A stretch of 64,000 bases of DNA, taken from positions 62,001-126,000 of the IMG/VR virus record IMGVR_UViG_3300048924_000100; one strand, written 5' to 3'. This document shows, piece by piece, positions 1-10,465 of the stretch. Position 1 is the stretch's first letter. Every line of letters starts with the position of its first letter. The translations under genes were made by a program, and so were the position numbers. The notes beneath the pieces are model-generated. The model was not told where the DNA came from, made no database searches, and saw only the letters and a program-made list of their open reading frames with translations.

Positions 1-3000
1 CCGATGAGGTCTTTGTTGAGTTCCCGGCTAAATACACCCCGGTGATTGGTAGCGGTCGTGCTGTGGCGATCAATGCTCGTCAAGTCATCCAGGGTTATCG
101 TGGGTCGCACTACAAGTACAACTGGACCAAAGACATTGGCACTGTCTACAACAAGGAGAAGGTACTGGTCGTTAAGAGCTACGGTCTTGCCGATATGCTC
201 TGGCATCCACGTGCTTCCTTGTTCATCAACTTCGAGCGGTATTACAACCACTTCAACCTGTTGATGGAAGGTGCCAACGAGGAAGCGGTTAAGGGGCGAC
301 GCAAGCAGTTCTTCCGTATTGACCTGCCGTTGCACCTGCCATCCTTTTCCGACCTGATGATCGATTATGATCACTACGTCGAAAGTTTCCGTGATGGGTT
401 GCCGCTGCCTAGCAACAAGACTGTACGGACCACCAAGCAGGAGAGTTCTTACTGGTTGATGGACTGGATGGCATTCTTGTTCGGTGACTATCAATACAGC
501 CTGCTTAACAAACTGTCCGATAAGGCGATCGAAGATTTCCACCTGATCTTCGTGTTTAACAGCCGCGCGCTCGTTATCCACCTGGGTACACTGAAAGGGT
601 GGCTGGATGCAGAACTCGATAAGAACGTAGCTATCAAGGAAGAGAAGCTGCCAAAGAGTGATCGAGAAAAACACGGTAAGCGCCTTAACGCGTCTAAGCG
701 TGTCTACCTAGCACTGCTTAACCTTACACGTGGTGGTGTCACGGAAGAGGAAGTGGTTAAAGAGGAAGAGTCTAATGAACGAGAAGGAGAAAAAGCCGAG
801 AAGGCTGAGCGTCTGGCTGCAGAAGAGAAGGGAGCTTCGAAAGGGCAAGGCAAAGCATCCGGTGGATCCGGAGAAGGAACGCTTCCTCGCAAAAATGACG
901 GTGGGCGAACTGCTAGTCATCCTGACCCTCTCCGTGATGCTTTCGGTGGCAGTCAAGAAGCTGACGACGGAGTTCCTGAAGGGACACGACAAGAGGGAGA
1001 CGGAACAGATCTTGCGAGCACTGAAGAGTGGACATCACACGTAGACGACCGACTGCTCGAACAAGAGAAGGTTGTCGCCGAAACGTCCGTCAAGAAAGAT
1101 CCGTTTCCCAAGTTTGAAAGCGGTATCGCTGCTGCTCTGGAAGAGCGTGCTCGTGAAGGCAGCCTGACAGTTGCTGAACAGCAGTTCTTCATGCGCAAGG
1201 GTACTCAGGTTTATCACATCGAAATGGAAAACGGTCAGAGTCTGGCTGAATACATGGAGATCAAGCCTGAGTCCCTGAAAGAGCTTACGAGCGACGCTAA
1301 GATCGAGGGTAACTTCCCCACGATCCTGGATCAATCGATGCTCCAGAGCCGCGCCAAGGTCTTGAAGCAGGGGTACGTGGATAAGTTCTTGCTCAAAGAC
1401 ATGGCACAGATGGCAGTGGCGATTCAGAACGCTGGTTTCGCCCTTAACGACTACAAGCATGAGGTTGTTGAAGGCGTTGAAGGTGCTTACGACGTCATCA
1501 CCATTCAGGTTCACCCGGTTGATGGCGAACAGTCGACTCACCCGATCCGTTTCCCACGGGTCAGTAACGACGATGCTTCCTTTACCGTCGATGGTGTGAA
1601 GTCTCACCTGCAACTGCAACGCATGGAGTTACCGATTCGCAAGATCGATTCGGGCACCGTGCTGTTGACCAGTCACTATGACCGCCAGTTGATGGTGACT
1701 CGTAGCAAGAAGGTGGTTGATGACTTGGGCGTGTGGCTGAAGAAGCAGATCCTGCTCCGTGCTATGGCTAATAAGGACATTACGCTGAGTCGTGGTAACG
1801 GTCGTAACCGTGACTACACAGGTCCGCGTATCTACACCATCCTGGCCAGTCGCTTTCAGTGGATCAATGTGGGCGGCTACATGCTGGACTTCCGCATCGA
1901 GAAGCTGTTGGAAGATCACCCTGAGTTCAAGAAGTTCACCAAGCCGGATATGTTCCTGGTGGGCGTCAAGGACAAGAAGCCAATCACGATCGACAGCTAC
2001 GGCAACCTCTACCTGGACGGTGTTGAGTTTAACACCTTTGAAGGGTTGATGGGGATCAACTTCAGCAAAGCACCTAACGAACATGCCGTGGTTAACATCA
2101 GCGGCTTCCTGTTCCCACTGGGTGTGGTGCTGTGCTACTACTTCGGGATTGATGAGCTGTTGAAAGTCATCAAGGCTACTACCCGGACAGTGCCTATGGG
2201 TACCCGCCCTAAACTGGCAGAAGACGAGTACGCCATTCAGTTCAACGACGAGTACCTGATCTTCAACCGTCGTGAGAAGCTCACCACCCTGATCTTTGGT
2301 GGGATGCCTAAGTTGAACAACATCAGTAACTTCAGCCGAAGTGACCTGAACAACAAAGGTATCTGGGGTCCACTGATGGGAGACCCGAAGGTTCGTCCTA
2401 CTCAGTTCCTTGAGATGAACCTGCTTTACAAAATGTTCGTCGACCCGATCACCAAGAAAGAACTGCACCGCATGGGTTACAGTGAGTCGTTCCATCACTT
2501 GCTCATCGATGCGGCTAAGTTGCTGGAAACCGACTACACCCCTCACGAGGTGGAATTGGAAGAACAGCGGATCGTCGGCTACGAACGTTTTGCGGGTCAC
2601 TTCTACAAGGTCATGGTGGGCGCACAGCGTCAGTACTTCAACAAGGGCAAGGGTCGTAAGCAGAAGCTTGAGATCAACCCTGAAGCGGCGATCATGAGCA
2701 TCCTCAAGGACACCTCGGTTAACCGAGTCGAGGAAGTAAACCCGATCCACCAACTGAAGGATCAAGAGGAACTGACCTTTGGTGGTACCGGTGGGCGTAG
2801 TGAGATCACTGTAGTTAAGCGAGCGCGTGTGCAGCTCAAGAGCTACAAGGGCAAGGTCTCTGAGGCGAACAAGGACAGCGGTAAGGTAGGCTTCGTAACC
2901 TACACCACCTCTGACCCACTGGTCCTCGACTACCGTGGCAATATCGACACCAAGAGCAAGCCGTCGCCGACTTCGCTGTATTCGGTAACGGGTAACTTGG

Positions 3001-4139
3001 CGTTTGGTATGAACAAGGATGACACCAAGCGAGGCATGTTTACCTCGACTCAGGCGTCTCAAGCTGTCAGTGCCCAAAACTACACCATGCCGATCACCCG
3101 CACAGGCTATGACAACATCATTGCTCAGCGGACCTCCGAACTCTACAGCAAGGTTGCTAAAGATGCAGGCAAGGTAACGGCAGTCGTAGAGGACCATCTG
3201 GAAATCACCTATAACGACGGGACTGTTGAAAAGTATCCGTTGGGCTTGGTTATCGGTGAAGCCAGTGGTGAGTACCATCGCCACACCCGCGTTACCGATC
3301 TGAAAGTTGGTGACAAGTTTACTAAGGGTGAGGTTCTGGGTTGGGACCAGCAGTGGTTTGCACGGGACCCTTTCTGCCCAGGTCAAGTAGTCTGGAAGAG
3401 CGGTCGTCAAGTTCGCATTGCGTTGGTAGAAGACCAAGACACCTACGAGGACTCCATTGCGGTTTCGAAAGAGATCATGGCTGAATCGATTACCCCGTTC
3501 CTCACGAAGAACTCTTTCGCGGTGGATGTGGATAAGGTTGTGACCTTTAAGGTTAAACAAGGTGACCAAATCGACTACGACGCGATTTTATGCGAAATTG
3601 AAGAGAGCCACCTAGCGGGGGCTGGAGAGGAGACCACTCAGGTTGACGAGATCAACCGCTTGGGTATCAAACAGATCCGCTCCAAGTACCACGGCGAGGT
3701 GGTGAAGATCGAGGTGACTTACAACTCACCTGTGGAAAAGATGTCTGACAGTGTGCGTAAACTGATCGCTACCTCGGATAAAGAACGCAAGCGCATGTCC
3801 TCTATTGACGGCAGTTTTCCAACAGGTAGCGTGGGTAACAACCTTAACGTTGCTAAACCTGTTTTGTCGCCAGGCAAGGTATTGTTTACTGTATACGTCG
3901 AATCCATGGATGGTTCCACCACCTCGGACAAATACGTTATCGGTAACCAGATGAAGGGTACAGTCAACGGTGTAATGAAGAAGCCGTTGATGACTCAGGA
4001 CGGTCGAGTGGTTGACGTCAAGTGTAGCTTTAAAGGCGGCTTCAACCGCATGGTACTGAGCTTACGGGACCGTCTGGGCACAAGTGAACTGGCGGTTGGA
4101 GTTACCAAACAGGCTATTGCCATTTACAGAGGTAAGTAA
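1..4139 (+). CDS. Virion RNA polymerase beta subunit (phiKZ gp178-like), 5'-truncated
   Basis: The frame is open from base 3, so the true start lies before the window. RpoB-like motifs: SEANKDSGKVG, STQASQAV (MQRQA-like), TYEDSIAVS, DKYVIGNQMKGTV. Confidence 0.9.
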   Translation, partial: DEVFVEFPAKYTPVIGSGRAVAINARQVIQGYRGSHYKYNWTKDIGTVYNKEKVLVVKSYGLADMLWHPRASLFINFERYYNHFNLLMEGANEEAVKGRRKQFFRIDLPLHLPSFSDLMIDYDHYVESFRDGLPLPSNKTVRTTKQESSYWLMDWMAFLFGDYQYSLLNKLSDKAIEDFHLIFVFNSRALVIHLGTLKGWLDAELDKNVAIKEEKLPKSDREKHGKRLNASKRVYLALLNLTRGGVTEEEVVKEEESNEREGEKAEKAERLAAEEKGASKGQGKASGGSGEGTLPRKNDGGRTASHPDPLRDAFGGSQEADDGVPEGTRQEGDGTDLASTEEWTSHVDDRLLEQEKVVAETSVKKDPFPKFESGIAAALEERAREGSLTVAEQQFFMRKGTQVYHIEMENGQSLAEYMEIKPESLKELTSDAKIEGNFPTILDQSMLQSRAKVLKQGYVDKFLLKDMAQMAVAIQNAGFALNDYKHEVVEGVEGAYDVITIQVHPVDGEQSTHPIRFPRVSNDDASFTVDGVKSHLQLQRMELPIRKIDSGTVLLTSHYDRQLMVTRSKKVVDDLGVWLKKQILLRAMANKDITLSRGNGRNRDYTGPRIYTILASRFQWINVGGYMLDFRIEKLLEDHPEFKKFTKPDMFLVGVKDKKPITIDSYGNLYLDGVEFNTFEGLMGINFSKAPNEHAVVNISGFLFPLGVVLCYYFGIDELLKVIKATTRTVPMGTRPKLAEDEYAIQFNDEYLIFNRREKLTTLIFGGMPKLNNISNFSRSDLNNKGIWGPLMGDPKVRPTQFLEMNLLYKMFVDPITKKELHRMGYSESFHHLLIDAAKLLETDYTPHEVELEEQRIVGYERFAGHFYKVMVGAQRQYFNKGKGRKQKLEINPEAAIMSILKDTSVNRVEEVNPIHQLKDQEELTFGGTGGRSEITVVKRARVQLKSYKGKVSEANKDSGKVGFVTYTTSDPLVLDYRGNIDTKSKPSPTSLYSVTGNLAFGMNKDDTKRGMFTSTQASQAVSAQNYTMPITRTGYDNIIAQRTSELYSKVAKDAGKVTAVVEDHLEITYNDGTVEKYPLGLVIGEASGEYHRHTRVTDLKVGDKFTKGEVLGWDQQWFARDPFCPGQVVWKSGRQVRIALVEDQDTYEDSIAVSKEIMAESITPFLTKNSFAVDVDKVVTFKVKQGDQIDYDAILCEIEESHLAGAGEETTQVDEINRLGIKQIRSKYHGEVVKIEVTYNSPVEKMSDSVRKLIATSDKERKRMSSIDGSFPTGSVGNNLNVAKPVLSPGKVLFTVYVESMDGSTTSDKYVIGNQMKGTVNGVMKKPLMTQDGRVVDVKCSFKGGFNRMVLSLRDRLGTSELAVGVTKQAIAIYRGK

Positions 4140-4141
4140 AG

Positions 4142-5068
4142 ATGAGCTTCCAGACAGTCAACGGGGTTAAAGACATTCAAGTGGTCCTCCAAGAGGGTCA
4201 GGTCTACTCCGGCGGTATTGACGGTGTCTGGGGTGCTGGTTCAGCGAATGGGGTCCTGACGCTTCTTCAGGACTACCATTTGTTTCTGAATGGGGGGCGC
4301 TCTGTGCCCCTCCCAGTTACCTCGGCTAAGGGTTTCGACGCTGCCGTTCAGGGTGTCAAGGATATTCAGAGCAACCTGAAACTGGTGGGTCTCTACACTG
4401 GTGCAGTCGACGGCATTACAGGTGCTGGTAGCCTGGGTGGTTTGCGTCAGGCATTGTTCAGCTACAGCAAGCGCAAGCAACTGCCGTTCTACGACCTGGG
4501 TTGGAGTACTCGTGTTCCTGCGGCCTTCACCATGAAGGTTCGTAACTGGTGCACCAAGCAAAACATGTTCCCGGGCGCAGCCTCTGCACTGATGGCCTGC
4601 ATGTGCTTCGAATCGGGCGGTACCTTCCGTCCTGATAAACAGAACAACGGTGGCAGTAACTACTTCGGTCTGATTCAGTTCGGTACTGCGGCAGTGGAAG
4701 ACCTGGCCAAGACGTACGGGTTGAAGATCACCCTGAACGACGTCAAGGCGATGAGTCAGCTTGACCAGCTCGACCTGGTGTTCAAGTATTTCGAGATGTG
4801 GCAGAAGCGCGGTAAGGTTTACAAACGTCTCGAGGATTTCTACCTGACGATCTTCTATCCTGCTGCGGTAGGTAAGGGTCCAGACGAAGTCCTGTTCACC
4901 AAGGATTCACCGGTGCCTATCAATGCCAAGTCTTACCTGCAAAACAGCGGGTTCGATGTGGACAAAGATGGCGACATCACCGTCGGCGAGATCTGTACTC
5001 GGCTCTACGACATGTATTACCAAGGCATGGCGGTTGCAAACCGTACCAGCAGTCCTTCTCCACTCTAA
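4142..5068 (+). CDS. Modular endolysin: peptidoglycan-binding repeats plus lysozyme/SLT-like catalytic domain
   Basis: Two PG-binding-like repeats (IQVVL..YSGGIDGVWG; IQSNL..YTGAVDGITG), catalytic-like segment MCFESGG...YFGLIQF, and a C-terminal EF-hand-like loop. Confidence 0.85.
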   Translation: MSFQTVNGVKDIQVVLQEGQVYSGGIDGVWGAGSANGVLTLLQDYHLFLNGGRSVPLPVTSAKGFDAAVQGVKDIQSNLKLVGLYTGAVDGITGAGSLGGLRQALFSYSKRKQLPFYDLGWSTRVPAAFTMKVRNWCTKQNMFPGAASALMACMCFESGGTFRPDKQNNGGSNYFGLIQFGTAAVEDLAKTYGLKITLNDVKAMSQLDQLDLVFKYFEMWQKRGKVYKRLEDFYLTIFYPAAVGKGPDEVLFTKDSPVPINAKSYLQNSGFDVDKDGDITVGEICTRLYDMYYQGMAVANRTSSPSPL

Positions 5069-5092
5069 CCCCCCTACCAGGAGATCGGTCCG

Positions 5093-5269
5093 ATGACTGA
5101 TAAAGAGCAACTCATCACCAACATTGTCACGGTAGCCAATACCGTGGAAGTGGTTAAAAAGACCCTCGCCAAAGTAGGGTTGCAATACCTGGCTCCGCTG
5201 GGCGAATCCGTCATGGACGAGAAGATCAGCAAGGCCATCGTCGCCCGTGTTAAAGGAGTATCGAAATGA
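5093..5269 (+). CDS. Small hypothetical protein (58 aa), absent from the ORF track
   Basis: CAGGAG RBS, then ATG at 5093 (MTDKEQLITNIV...). The TGA overlaps the next ATG (ATGA). Confidence 0.65.
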   Translation: MTDKEQLITNIVTVANTVEVVKKTLAKVGLQYLAPLGESVMDEKISKAIVARVKGVSK

Positions 5270-6801
5270 TTCGTGAATCCAGCGTTGCACTTGCTGAGCT
5301 GATCGTGGTCGGCGGCGGTAACTTCCGCCCAAGTCAAGTGATTGCCGGTCTGAACGGTGAGTCCGGTGGTGCCATGGCCTTTACTGACAATTTCCGTGAG
5401 GAGATTCTCCAGGCCAGCCAAGGTAACATGCACACCGAAACTGTCGAGGGTGCTTCTGAGCGTCTGGGCGAGATCATCCGTGACTCGCTGACGAACATCC
5501 GTACCTACGGTGTGCCTATGGCCCGTCGTGTGTTGAAAGACACCCGTCTGCTGTACTCCCGTAAACAACTGAAAGACCTGACCGAGCAGTTGATTGACGT
5601 TCAGTACGTTAACGTCGACAACGGTTTCTTCGAGTCCCCGCTGTACCCGACTGAAGTGCGTGACAAGTCGATCACCTACACCGGTGTTGACCTGGGCATG
5701 GCCAAGTCGCTGAAATGGAGCTGGCCTGATCGCAAGGAAATCCTCGACTTCATCGGGGCTAACCACGCTGACCTGCTGGCTATCCTCGACGACGAAGACG
5801 AGTGCATCAGCCAGGCGGCCAACTTCATCTCCGAGCTGGATGAGTTGAGCAGTCTGTTCGTCAACAAAGATGGCATCTACGATTTCTCGCAGATCAAGTC
5901 TGTGCGCTTTGTGCTGCTGTTGAAGATGTACGTCCTGTTGACCAAGATGTACTTCTCCGAAGATCCTGCACCGTGGTTGAAGACCGGCGAGCTGGCTACT
6001 TATCGCAGCTACGTCAGCCAACTGTGGAACGGCATGACCCTGTACCTTATCAAGCTGAAGCAAGTGGTACTGACCTACCGCGCGCGTCAACTGGTGATCG
6101 TGGCCGAGAAACAACCTGTTCTGACCGCTCACAACCAGGCTCAGTACGGCGACACTCGCTTCATGCAGGCCAAGCTGAAGGTGTTCTACACCAACGGTAT
6201 CCTGGACAAGATCCAGGCGGCCAACGTTGGCTTCACTGAAGCGATCATGGGTTACTACTGGGGTGCCTTGACTGGTAGCCCGATGACCATCCTCGAGTTC
6301 ATCGCTGACGTGAGCAAAGGTCAGAACCTGGCCAAGGCGTACTACAGCCATATCCACGAGAAGCTGTCGACTCAATCGAACCAGCTGTTCATCAAGAGCG
6401 GTATCAAGGCGATCAACGATTTCATCAATGAAAGCCCTGTGCTGCTCGATCGTGTAAACGGTCTGCGTGGCGACAACCAGATGTTGATCAGCTGGGTGCA
6501 GGAGAAGTTCGCCGGCGAGCTGGAGAAGGCACACTACATCCTGGCCGATCGTCACAACTGCGATGACGTTGCTGGTGAGATCGTGGGTGGCGCTGATGAC
6601 GGTGGTGACCCTCGTCTGGACACTCTGCTGGAAACCCGTCTGATCCCGTCGTTCCTGCGTGCTTGCGGTGCCTCGTTGACTGCTGACATCATCGAATCCA
6701 CTTTCGTGGACACGAGCAAAGAAGACAACGTCATGGACAAGCGTGAGCGTCTTACCGTTGCGGTCATCACTGAACTCGTGAACCGCCTGCTCGAGGCATA
6801 A
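5266..6801 (+). CDS. Conserved phiKZ-like virion/hypothetical protein (gp177-like)
   Basis: 511 aa ORF with AAGGAG RBS and phage codon bias, located between the vRNAP beta and prohead protease genes. Confidence 0.65.
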   Translation: MIRESSVALAELIVVGGGNFRPSQVIAGLNGESGGAMAFTDNFREEILQASQGNMHTETVEGASERLGEIIRDSLTNIRTYGVPMARRVLKDTRLLYSRKQLKDLTEQLIDVQYVNVDNGFFESPLYPTEVRDKSITYTGVDLGMAKSLKWSWPDRKEILDFIGANHADLLAILDDEDECISQAANFISELDELSSLFVNKDGIYDFSQIKSVRFVLLLKMYVLLTKMYFSEDPAPWLKTGELATYRSYVSQLWNGMTLYLIKLKQVVLTYRARQLVIVAEKQPVLTAHNQAQYGDTRFMQAKLKVFYTNGILDKIQAANVGFTEAIMGYYWGALTGSPMTILEFIADVSKGQNLAKAYYSHIHEKLSTQSNQLFIKSGIKAINDFINESPVLLDRVNGLRGDNQMLISWVQEKFAGELEKAHYILADRHNCDDVAGEIVGGADDGGDPRLDTLLETRLIPSFLRACGASLTADIIESTFVDTSKEDNVMDKRERLTVAVITELVNRLLEA

Positions 6802-6804
6802 TCG

Positions 6805-7530
6805 ATGGACGTCGGCAATCTCAAGCACGACCCCAAGATTGCAGACCGTCTGTTTACTGAATTGGAGGATGGCTCCGTTATTGCTAAACGCGATTTCGAA
6901 GTCCATCTTCCAAAGCGGTTTGTTGACAGCGGTATGGCAGAGGTAGGGGAAACAGTCACAACGCCTGCGGTGCTTGGGTTGGTGATACCGGGGGATAGTT
7001 ACGCTCCCCTGATGTCATTGATGAACATTACCCTCGTGCCGTTGAGCATTCGTGAAGTTGCAATCAAGGGCACTCAGTACCTGGTGTTGGAGTTTACCAA
7101 AGGCGACACGGTAATCGAGAACACCAACGTGCTGCAAGAGCCCAACCAACCGTACGCGTATTACATGGAGTTCCTCTACTACGCCAAACGTCCTTGGTAT
7201 GTCACCGAGAATGCGCTGTCGTCGATGTTTGACTTGGCGGCGACTCAAAGTGGCGATCCGGTCGGTAGCAGTCCCCAGGTAATGCGTGTTTACATGTCAT
7301 TAATGTTCCGTGATCCAGACAACCTGGAGAAGCCGTACCGGTACAGTAAGGCGATGTTGGAAGGACGACCTCCAGTTATTGTGGGTCTTAACAACAGTGG
7401 GCTCTTGATCGACGGTACTTTCCCGAAAATCATGGGTGGTTACCAACGCGACAACACGGTAGCGGCTATTGTGAACCCTGATGACCGTGTTACTGACCTG
7501 GAGAAGATTATTAAAGGGGTCCCAGTATGA
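6805..7530 (+). CDS. Conserved hypothetical protein (gp176-like)
   Basis: 241 aa ORF in the same operon, immediately upstream of the protease. Confidence 0.6.
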   Translation: MDVGNLKHDPKIADRLFTELEDGSVIAKRDFEVHLPKRFVDSGMAEVGETVTTPAVLGLVIPGDSYAPLMSLMNITLVPLSIREVAIKGTQYLVLEFTKGDTVIENTNVLQEPNQPYAYYMEFLYYAKRPWYVTENALSSMFDLAATQSGDPVGSSPQVMRVYMSLMFRDPDNLEKPYRYSKAMLEGRPPVIVGLNNSGLLIDGTFPKIMGGYQRDNTVAAIVNPDDRVTDLEKIIKGVPV

Positions 7531-8387
7531 GCCAGATACTTACATTTGGTAGCACGGTGTTGGAAGGTAGTGGTAAACGGGGCATCCTCAAACCGATGGA
7601 GCCCGGTGGTAATTACTACCTGATGAACTCGGGTGGTTTCAACATCCAGAATCGTGGTGGCGTCGGTTATCGCTTCAACGATTACATCAAAGAGTGCATG
7701 CACCCTGACAGCGACCTCAACCGTCGTGCAGCGGAAAACCAGCTCTGGTGTGAGTTGGGGCATCCTCCGCAATACTTCTGGACTCGTGAGGGCGGTCGCA
7801 TCATTCAAACGCCTATCACGGATCTGTATCAGTGGATTCACCGTTTGCGTACAGTGTTGGAACCCAACGTCTGTGCAGCGATCCGGAAGATTCACTGGAT
7901 CATGACTGGCGGCGATAAAGACCCGGTACACAACAAAGTAGAGATCCGTTCTTTCGGTCCTCTCAAAGATGTGTTCCAGGACAGCATCGACGATCCAGAC
8001 ATGAACACCGCGATCTCCATCCGCACGGTGACCAAGCCGCAGCAGATGGGCGACCGTAACCGTGAGGTGGAATACTTCACTGGTTATGACGTAGTGATGG
8101 AGCAGGGCATGTTGAACGCCTGTAAACATCGCTCCGCTGGTCTGGAGGACTTCTTGTCTTCTGCGCTCTACGACTCGACGCCAGCTGAAGTAGTGGCAAC
8201 GGTTGACGAGTTCCTGTTCATGTGCAAGCAGACAGTAAACAACGAAGCAGCTAAGGCCCGCTTTGCTGGTACTGAAAGCCTGGAACGGGTTTCCTCGATG
8301 ATCCGTGAAGTAGAACAGCGTCTTCGTGGTCAGCATGACAAGAAGATTCAGATTGTTCGCAGCAGCTCTTTGTCTGTTTTCAAATAA
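7527..8387 (+). CDS. Prohead maturation protease (phiKZ gp175 / T4 gp21-like)
   Basis: ELGHP His motif, AISIR Ser motif and YDVV Asp motif. A C-terminal GLE fits the S/A/G-X-E autocleavage consensus. Confidence 0.85.
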   Translation: MSQILTFGSTVLEGSGKRGILKPMEPGGNYYLMNSGGFNIQNRGGVGYRFNDYIKECMHPDSDLNRRAAENQLWCELGHPPQYFWTREGGRIIQTPITDLYQWIHRLRTVLEPNVCAAIRKIHWIMTGGDKDPVHNKVEIRSFGPLKDVFQDSIDDPDMNTAISIRTVTKPQQMGDRNREVEYFTGYDVVMEQGMLNACKHRSAGLEDFLSSALYDSTPAEVVATVDEFLFMCKQTVNNEAAKARFAGTESLERVSSMIREVEQRLRGQHDKKIQIVRSSSLSVFK

Positions 8388-8395
8388 GACGCCAT

Positions 8396-8436
8396 TAACC
8401 CCTACCGGCCCTCAAGCTGGTAGGGGTTATATTTAT
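8396..8436 (+). terminator. Intrinsic terminator
   Basis: Stem TAACCCCTACCGGC / GCTGGTAGGGGTTA followed by a T-rich tail. Confidence 0.75.
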
Positions 8437-8498
8437 TAACGGGTTAACCATACCTATAGCCATTAGTGCATTTTGCCATAAACCAAGAGGAAGAAGTA

Positions 8499-9458
8499 AT
8501 GGATACTCAATCTCGTGCAGCTACCCAGCTGTTGGAAACACTGTCGTTCGTCAACACGCTGCGCGAAACCACCGGCGGTGTTAACGTTCTTCACGCTTTG
8601 CTGGAAACGTCGTCTAAGGAGTGGGAGAACTCCAAGGATGCTAACACCGACACTCACCTGATTAAGGGTGTGCACGTTAACAGCAAGAAGACCGACGCGA
8701 TCCACGTTTACATCGCTAAGCTGGTGGCTCAGCACATGCGCTCTGTGGGCAATCGTCTGACGGCCTGGACCAAGGCTACCATTGCCTCCGAAAACCACAC
8801 CAACGTCGCTGTGTCCAACCGTGTGGCCACTGCTGACTTCGACAACCACCAGCAACTGTTCAAAATGGTCGCCGGTCGTCTGATGGGCTACGACGATGCA
8901 GTAATCGACATCGCTCTGGCTGACGGTCCACGCGCTCGGGCTGAAGCACTGGTCGCCTATCTGGCTACGCGCTTTGATCTGGCAGAAGACCGCAACGCCG
9001 CACTGGAAGGTTACGCCAGCGCAGTTGAAATGTTCGAAGTTATGTTCGACGGCACCGGTTTCACACCTGAGTACTTCCTGAAAACCATCGGTCAAGTGAT
9101 CGCCTACTATAAGGCTCCGGTGACTGAGGGTACGATCCTGCTAGACAACCCGCTCGATCTGTTGGACGCGCTGGCCACTGACAGCCAGTACGACAACCTG
9201 CTCAGCTGCGCTGATGCACTGTTGGGTGTTAGTGTTCACACTGTTATCCTCGATAAGGATGACGCAGATCCAGTCGGTACTATCGCAGAAGTCCGCAAGA
9301 TCTTCGGCGAGAACGTGAAGATCGTCACCCCGAGTGGCGAACTGGATCTGGGTGTAGCGGGTGAGCTGGCGCTTCAATCCGGTGGTACGGTTGAAACCAA
9401 AGTTAAGGGTGTCGACGAAATCATCCCTGCCGGTATCCGCAGCACATTGATTGGTTAA
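8499..9458 (+). CDS. Conserved hypothetical/virion protein (gp174-like)
   Basis: GAGG RBS before ATG 8499; strong codon bias. Confidence 0.65.
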   Translation: MDTQSRAATQLLETLSFVNTLRETTGGVNVLHALLETSSKEWENSKDANTDTHLIKGVHVNSKKTDAIHVYIAKLVAQHMRSVGNRLTAWTKATIASENHTNVAVSNRVATADFDNHQQLFKMVAGRLMGYDDAVIDIALADGPRARAEALVAYLATRFDLAEDRNAALEGYASAVEMFEVMFDGTGFTPEYFLKTIGQVIAYYKAPVTEGTILLDNPLDLLDALATDSQYDNLLSCADALLGVSVHTVILDKDDADPVGTIAEVRKIFGENVKIVTPSGELDLGVAGELALQSGGTVETKVKGVDEIIPAGIRSTLIG

Positions 9459-9493
9459 GTAGGTGCTGTCAGGTCTGTTGCTCAAGCAAGAAT

Positions 9494-9511
9494 ATTTGAA
9501 GTCTATATTAC
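9494..9511 (+). promoter_or_regulatory. Early (virion RNAP) promoter
   Basis: ATTTGAAGTCTATATTAC contains the phiKZ early consensus TATATTAC; 7 related copies occur in the window. Confidence 0.75.
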
Positions 9512-9605
9512 TAGATTGAGCAACAGACTTACCGTCTGGGGGGACGTGGACACCACCTCTTCTTGCTTCCTAATTTCTCACACACCTGTACTCACGAGGT
9601 TTACA

Positions 9606-10046
9606 ATGAGCTTGAATAAAGAATACTTTGCAGCACAAGACGCAGCCGTTAAAGAACTGGTGGAAAACGTCACTTACAACAAGGCCACCAACCACGCTAC
9701 GTTCGATGCTGCGAAACTGGATCTGCCGGAAGACATCACCCCGGAATCGATGCAGGCTCACGTGTCCTTCATCAATCAGCTGTCTGGCCAGGTTGAAGTT
9801 GCTACCGCACAAGTAGCGCGGGATCAATTCGCTGACAACAACAAACTGACCACCATCGACGGTACCCTGGACTTCGGCGGTTTCACCATCAACTCCCAGC
9901 ACCACCTGCAACAGCAAGTGGGCGACGATCACCTGTACGGCGTATCGACCACTGTGGTTGATTACTACCACGCCGAAGAACAAACCGACTGGCTGCAAGA
10001 ACACCGCGACCAGCACATCACCATGGCTACCAAGCTGTTCGGCTAA
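9606..10046 (+). CDS. Hypothetical early protein
   Basis: GAGG RBS and ATG 9606, flanked by an early promoter and a terminator. Confidence 0.75.
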   Translation: MSLNKEYFAAQDAAVKELVENVTYNKATNHATFDAAKLDLPEDITPESMQAHVSFINQLSGQVEVATAQVARDQFADNNKLTTIDGTLDFGGFTINSQHHLQQQVGDDHLYGVSTTVVDYYHAEEQTDWLQEHRDQHITMATKLFG

Positions 10047-10053
10047 TACCACA

Positions 10054-10114
10054 GTAGTACGGATGGCTAGGGAGAGATCCTTAGTCATCCACTATTACGC
10101 ATTTTCCTTTTTTT
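10054..10114 (+). terminator. Intrinsic terminator
   Basis: GGATGGCTAGGG / CCTTAGTCATCC stem plus T tract. Confidence 0.7.
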
Positions 10115-10129
10115 ATTTGGGTCACTGTC

Positions 10130-10465
10130 ATGAGCCATGACTACAAGAAGCTTCATGCAGCGCTAAGGGAGGTGGGGTTCTTTACCGATCTTAAATGCGA
10201 GGCGGTAATAAACGGTTTCCGTATTGATCGTAATTTCACCTTTGGTATGGTACCTCATGGCATTCATGTCACCTGCGCGATTCCTGGTTATAACCGTAGC
10301 AAGGGAAAGACCACCATTCCCAATGTACGTGTTGTCGAGTTCTACTCTGATGGCACTGCATGGATTGCTCAACCTGGTAAGCTAGATGGTGCTGTACAGG
10401 CTATTGAAGGTCTTATCGAACAACGCAAGGTAAGAGTTAATAATGGACACGTATCAACTGGTTGA
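10130..10465 (+). CDS. Hypothetical protein
   Basis: 111 aa ORF filling the gap; it overlaps the next ORF. Confidence 0.55.
   Translation: MSHDYKKLHAALREVGFFTDLKCEAVINGFRIDRNFTFGMVPHGIHVTCAIPGYNRSKGKTTIPNVRVVEFYSDGTAWIAQPGKLDGAVQAIEGLIEQRKVRVNNGHVSTG

Noticed and set aside
1629-3569. 646 aa antisense ORF (likewise 5074-6906, 18120-20249, 23890-25557, 43712-45598, 46352-47542, 54735-55838, 58418-59641)
   Set aside because: These are shadow frames of real genes. Strong codon bias removes stops on the opposite strand, and they show no RBS or protein motifs.
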